Shown in pieces: positions 16,819 to 20,000 of a DNA stretch of 20,000 nucleotides. The position numbers and the translations under genes are program-made. Within the stretch, counting starts at the first letter, position 1; every line of letters starts with the position of its first letter. The notes under the pieces are model-generated. The model saw only the letters and a list, made by a program, of their open reading frames with translations, had not been told where the DNA came from and ran no database searches. Source of the DNA: Rotaria socialis (lineage: Eukaryota); NCBI GenBank assembly GCA_905331295.1, contig CAJNYD010000047.1:170910-190909 (forward strand), given 5' to 3'.

Positions 16819-19336
16819 ATGACTCAGCATAACGTTCATATTCTTGATCTTCCTGATGAAATATTACTTCTCGTTTTGAAGAAACTCGACAATATTGATG
16901 TTCTTTACTCTTTACTCGGTATTAACAATCGTCGACTTGATGTTATAGTTCAAGAAAAAATCTTCACTGATGTTCTTAGTTTTGTTTCCATATCAAACTT
17001 AACTGAAGAAATTTCTCCAATTTCAGCCTTAGCATTAAATCGATTTCGTAATGGCATATTACCAAGAATCCATAAAAATGTCAAATCGTTCATTGTTGAG
17101 TCTGATTCTTTCGGGTGCATTCTTGGTGCTGCTACTTATCCCAACCTCACTCAACTTAAAATTTTCAATTTCAACAGAGCATTCGTTTCACGTTTTTTCT
17201 TGGGTATGTTATTCAAGTGAATCGATTTTTGAAAAGATTAGCATGAACAAATATTTAGATGATTAAATTAAATGTTAAGTTTCTTTTAGACGATTCTCCT
17301 CTTCAACATATTGGTAAACAACAGATTACGGACCTTATTCTAATCAGTAATGAAAACAATAATGAAATAGAAAAAATTGAGTATGCCAAGCATGTTTATG
17401 CAATTATTTTTAATTTCTTTAAAAATCTAAAGCATTTGAGTATTGTGCACCCAGCTGTCCATGATTATCCATCTTTATCGTTAAATAATTTATCACCAAT
17501 GACTTTTTCTTCTTCGACACTTATCAAATTATGTATTGATGTCAATGATTTTGATGATTGTCTTGCTTTGCTTGATGGCCGCCTCAAAAACTTAGCTATA
17601 CTTGCTGCTCAAATTAATTATATCCATAGATTCGCATTCACATCTCACAATATGGTGAGTTAAACGGTTCCGTCTTAATGTTCGTTTTTTAACTAGTGTT
17701 TAATATCGAGAAAAGAGAAAAAGTTAATAAGAAGTGTGCTAAATATCGAAATTTAGTTTGATTAATAAGTGTGATATTCTGCTTTTGATTATTAGGAAAA
17801 AGTTTCAATTTTTTCATTTTCTAATAAACAATCATTTTGTATCAGGATTCTTCTTATCTTTAATGGTTTCTCTGAATATATTTTCAGTTTCGAGCTTTTC
17901 AAATTTAATATTAATCTTTTTGTGAAGTCACTATTGATCTATTTGATTCTCGTTCGCTTATAGCTACTTATTGTACAAACATTGATAGCCTTTTACAAAT
18001 GAATATTAATAGTACATTTACTATGTATCCAAGACGGACGTGATATTCATCGTCACTTTGTAGAGGAATTTGTTTAACTGTATAACCACTATTGGTTATC
18101 CCACGACTTTCTTCACGGTTTCTTTTGGTTTCCAACTTTTCTGATGAACGTGCATTGGCTTTTGTCTTTTTTCAATTCGTTCATTTTGTCCTGTTTACTC
18201 TTCAGATTCTTGTTATTCATTCTGAATATTTCAACTATGACGTTTCCTCTCAGCATTCACCGTAACGTTATCGTCATTGCCAACAAAAAACTCAGACAAC
18301 ACCAATGTGCCTTGTTCACATTTCATTATTTTTGCCGAAGTGATTATAATTAAAATAGAACAGATACATTTCATAGAATTTGAAAATAAATAATGTTTAT
18401 AGATATTAATACTTGATGCAATTTAGTTTTTGAGTTAAATGATAAAAATAAATTTATAAATATTTTCTTTCTACATTTCAGGATGATCTACCCGGTTTAA
18501 AATCTTTTTCATTAATATGTAATCGTAGCACTAAAGGATATACTAATTTAGTTATACCTCTTCTTCGTCGAATGTCAAATCTAGAAGAATTAAATTTATA
18601 TATTCATATCTTACGTGGACACACATTCGTCTCTGGCGTTGATCTTCATAATGAAATTCTTATTCATATGTCACGACTTCACACATTCACATTTTATCTT
18701 GCTTCGGAAACTATTATTACTGATCCAACAATTCGTATATCTGAATCAAATATTCAGAAAACTTTCGAAAATGGGAAATATCAACAGGTGATTTGTATGG
18801 TAGATTATTCTGATTCTAACACATTAATTTGTCGTGCTTTCACGCTTCCATTTAACTTTCATCGCCTCGAACATATCAGCTATAATATTCCAAATATTAT
18901 ATTTAATTCTGTTACTTATTTAAAAGTATGTGATGCAACTCCATTCAAGCATGAATTTTTTGTTCGACTTGCTAAAGCTTTTCCATTTCTTAAAAGTTTA
19001 TCTATTGATAATATTTGGCCACCATTTTTGAAAGCTGAAAAACCTTATCATCGCGATAAAGACTGGTGCTCACTTGTTCAATATCCGTATCTTATTTCAC
19101 TTGACATCCATCATGCTGCAGTTAATTATGTTGAACATTTTCTCAGTGAAAGAGAAATTTATCTACCTCGCTTAACTGAATTAAAAGTTTTTTATGAAGA
19201 CTTGACAACAGTAACACATAACTTTACAAGAGATGAAACGCGACGTAATTGTGCTCAAGTAAAAAAATTAATAATTGGACGTTGCACTTTTTATCCAGAT
19301 GCTCTTTGTGTTTATTTTCCTTTGTTACCATATTAG
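16819..19336 (+). CDS. F-box domain protein with LRR-like C-terminal region, 3 exons, 534 aa
   Basis: Exons 16819-17203, 17290-17654, 18482-19336 (GT-AG introns, 1605 nt, one frame) join three ORFs of the track. N-terminal ILDLPDEILLLVLKKLDNIDVLYSL fits the F-box pattern. Repeated xPxLxxLxI-type motifs follow (YPNLTQLKI, FKNLKHLSI, LPGLKSFSL, MSNLEELNL, FPFLKSLSI, YPYLISLDI, LPRLTELKV). Confidence 0.88.
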
Positions 19337-19834
19337 TATTGTTCTCATTATCTAGATAGAAATTTTCTGTATGAAATATATCTAAGTTTCTTACAAAGAA
19401 TGGTTGCAAACAAAGTATATGGGTTAAGTTGAAAAACGACAGAATCTGTTTTGAAAGCTTAAAAGCTTTCATGAAGAACAATCGACGAAAGATAATCATG
19501 GATTTGAATCGAGTTATCATTCAAGAGTAATAATATGCAGTTGAATAAAATTTGAAATAAAAATCTATCGTTGAGCACCATAATATGTTGTTGTCCATGG
19601 CAGTATTTATTGATTTGACATGATCACTATGATCAAGTTGATTTTGCAATTTCCTTAGTTTTATCATAGTACAGGTTCACTTATTTCGGGTCGGATTAAT
19701 AATAGAACTCATTACTAATACTATATGTCAAAATATGGGATACGACTTGGTAAAGAGAAATATTGGCATATCCTTCAGTACAATCATAACATATTAACGA
19801 AAAGGATTTTAAACCGGGTAGATCATCCTGAAAT

Positions 19835-20000
19835 CCCAGGTCGATCAACCTGAGCCGTAAACGGCCGTATACCTATCACTCACGGTGAAAAACGGCGACC
19901 GTATTTTGTAGTCGTTTACTGTTGCCGTAAACGAAGTTATACGATGAAATACGATCGTCGTAAACGAGGACCGTGAAAAATCTCCGTAAACGGTCATCGT
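19835..20000. mobile_element. Probable left end of a CG-rich, internally repetitive non-autonomous element, truncated by the window edge
   Basis: Composition shifts sharply near CCCAGGTCGATC (19835). CGTAAACG recurs at 19856, 19926, 19959 and 19985, with inverted CGTTTAC at 19913. The other end is not in the window. Confidence 0.55.

Noticed and set aside
17051..19520. ORFs 17051..17266 (+), 18144..18353 (+) and 19224..19520 (-)
   Set aside because: Alternative-frame, intronic or antisense by-products of the F-box gene with no independent support.

Overview
AT-rich eukaryotic scaffold with one assembly gap (3244-3847) and genes split by many short GT-AG introns, mostly about 50-60 nt. The intron style and the F-box family seen here suggest a bdelloid rotifer (inference). 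Manual splicing gives four multi-exon genes: an 18-exon mitochondrial-type arginyl-tRNA synthetase (+, 5624-10662, 616 aa), a Tctex-1 domain protein (-, 11311-12244, 283 aa), a secreted M14A procarboxypeptidase with an A-type pocket (-, 13841-15550, 441 aa), and an F-box/LRR-like protein (+, 16819-19336, 534 aa). The most notable item is a 120-aa intronless antisense gene nested in intron 16 of the synthetase (9296-9658), which looks like a stand-alone KCTD C-terminal/GFRP-fold domain with no BTB domain. Intergenic DNA holds three non-coding inverted-repeat elements (2273-3070, about 4555-5200, and 12569-13138 with an 8-bp target-site duplication) and the start of a probable fourth at the right edge. 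All family assignments come from motifs recognised by eye, not from database searches.
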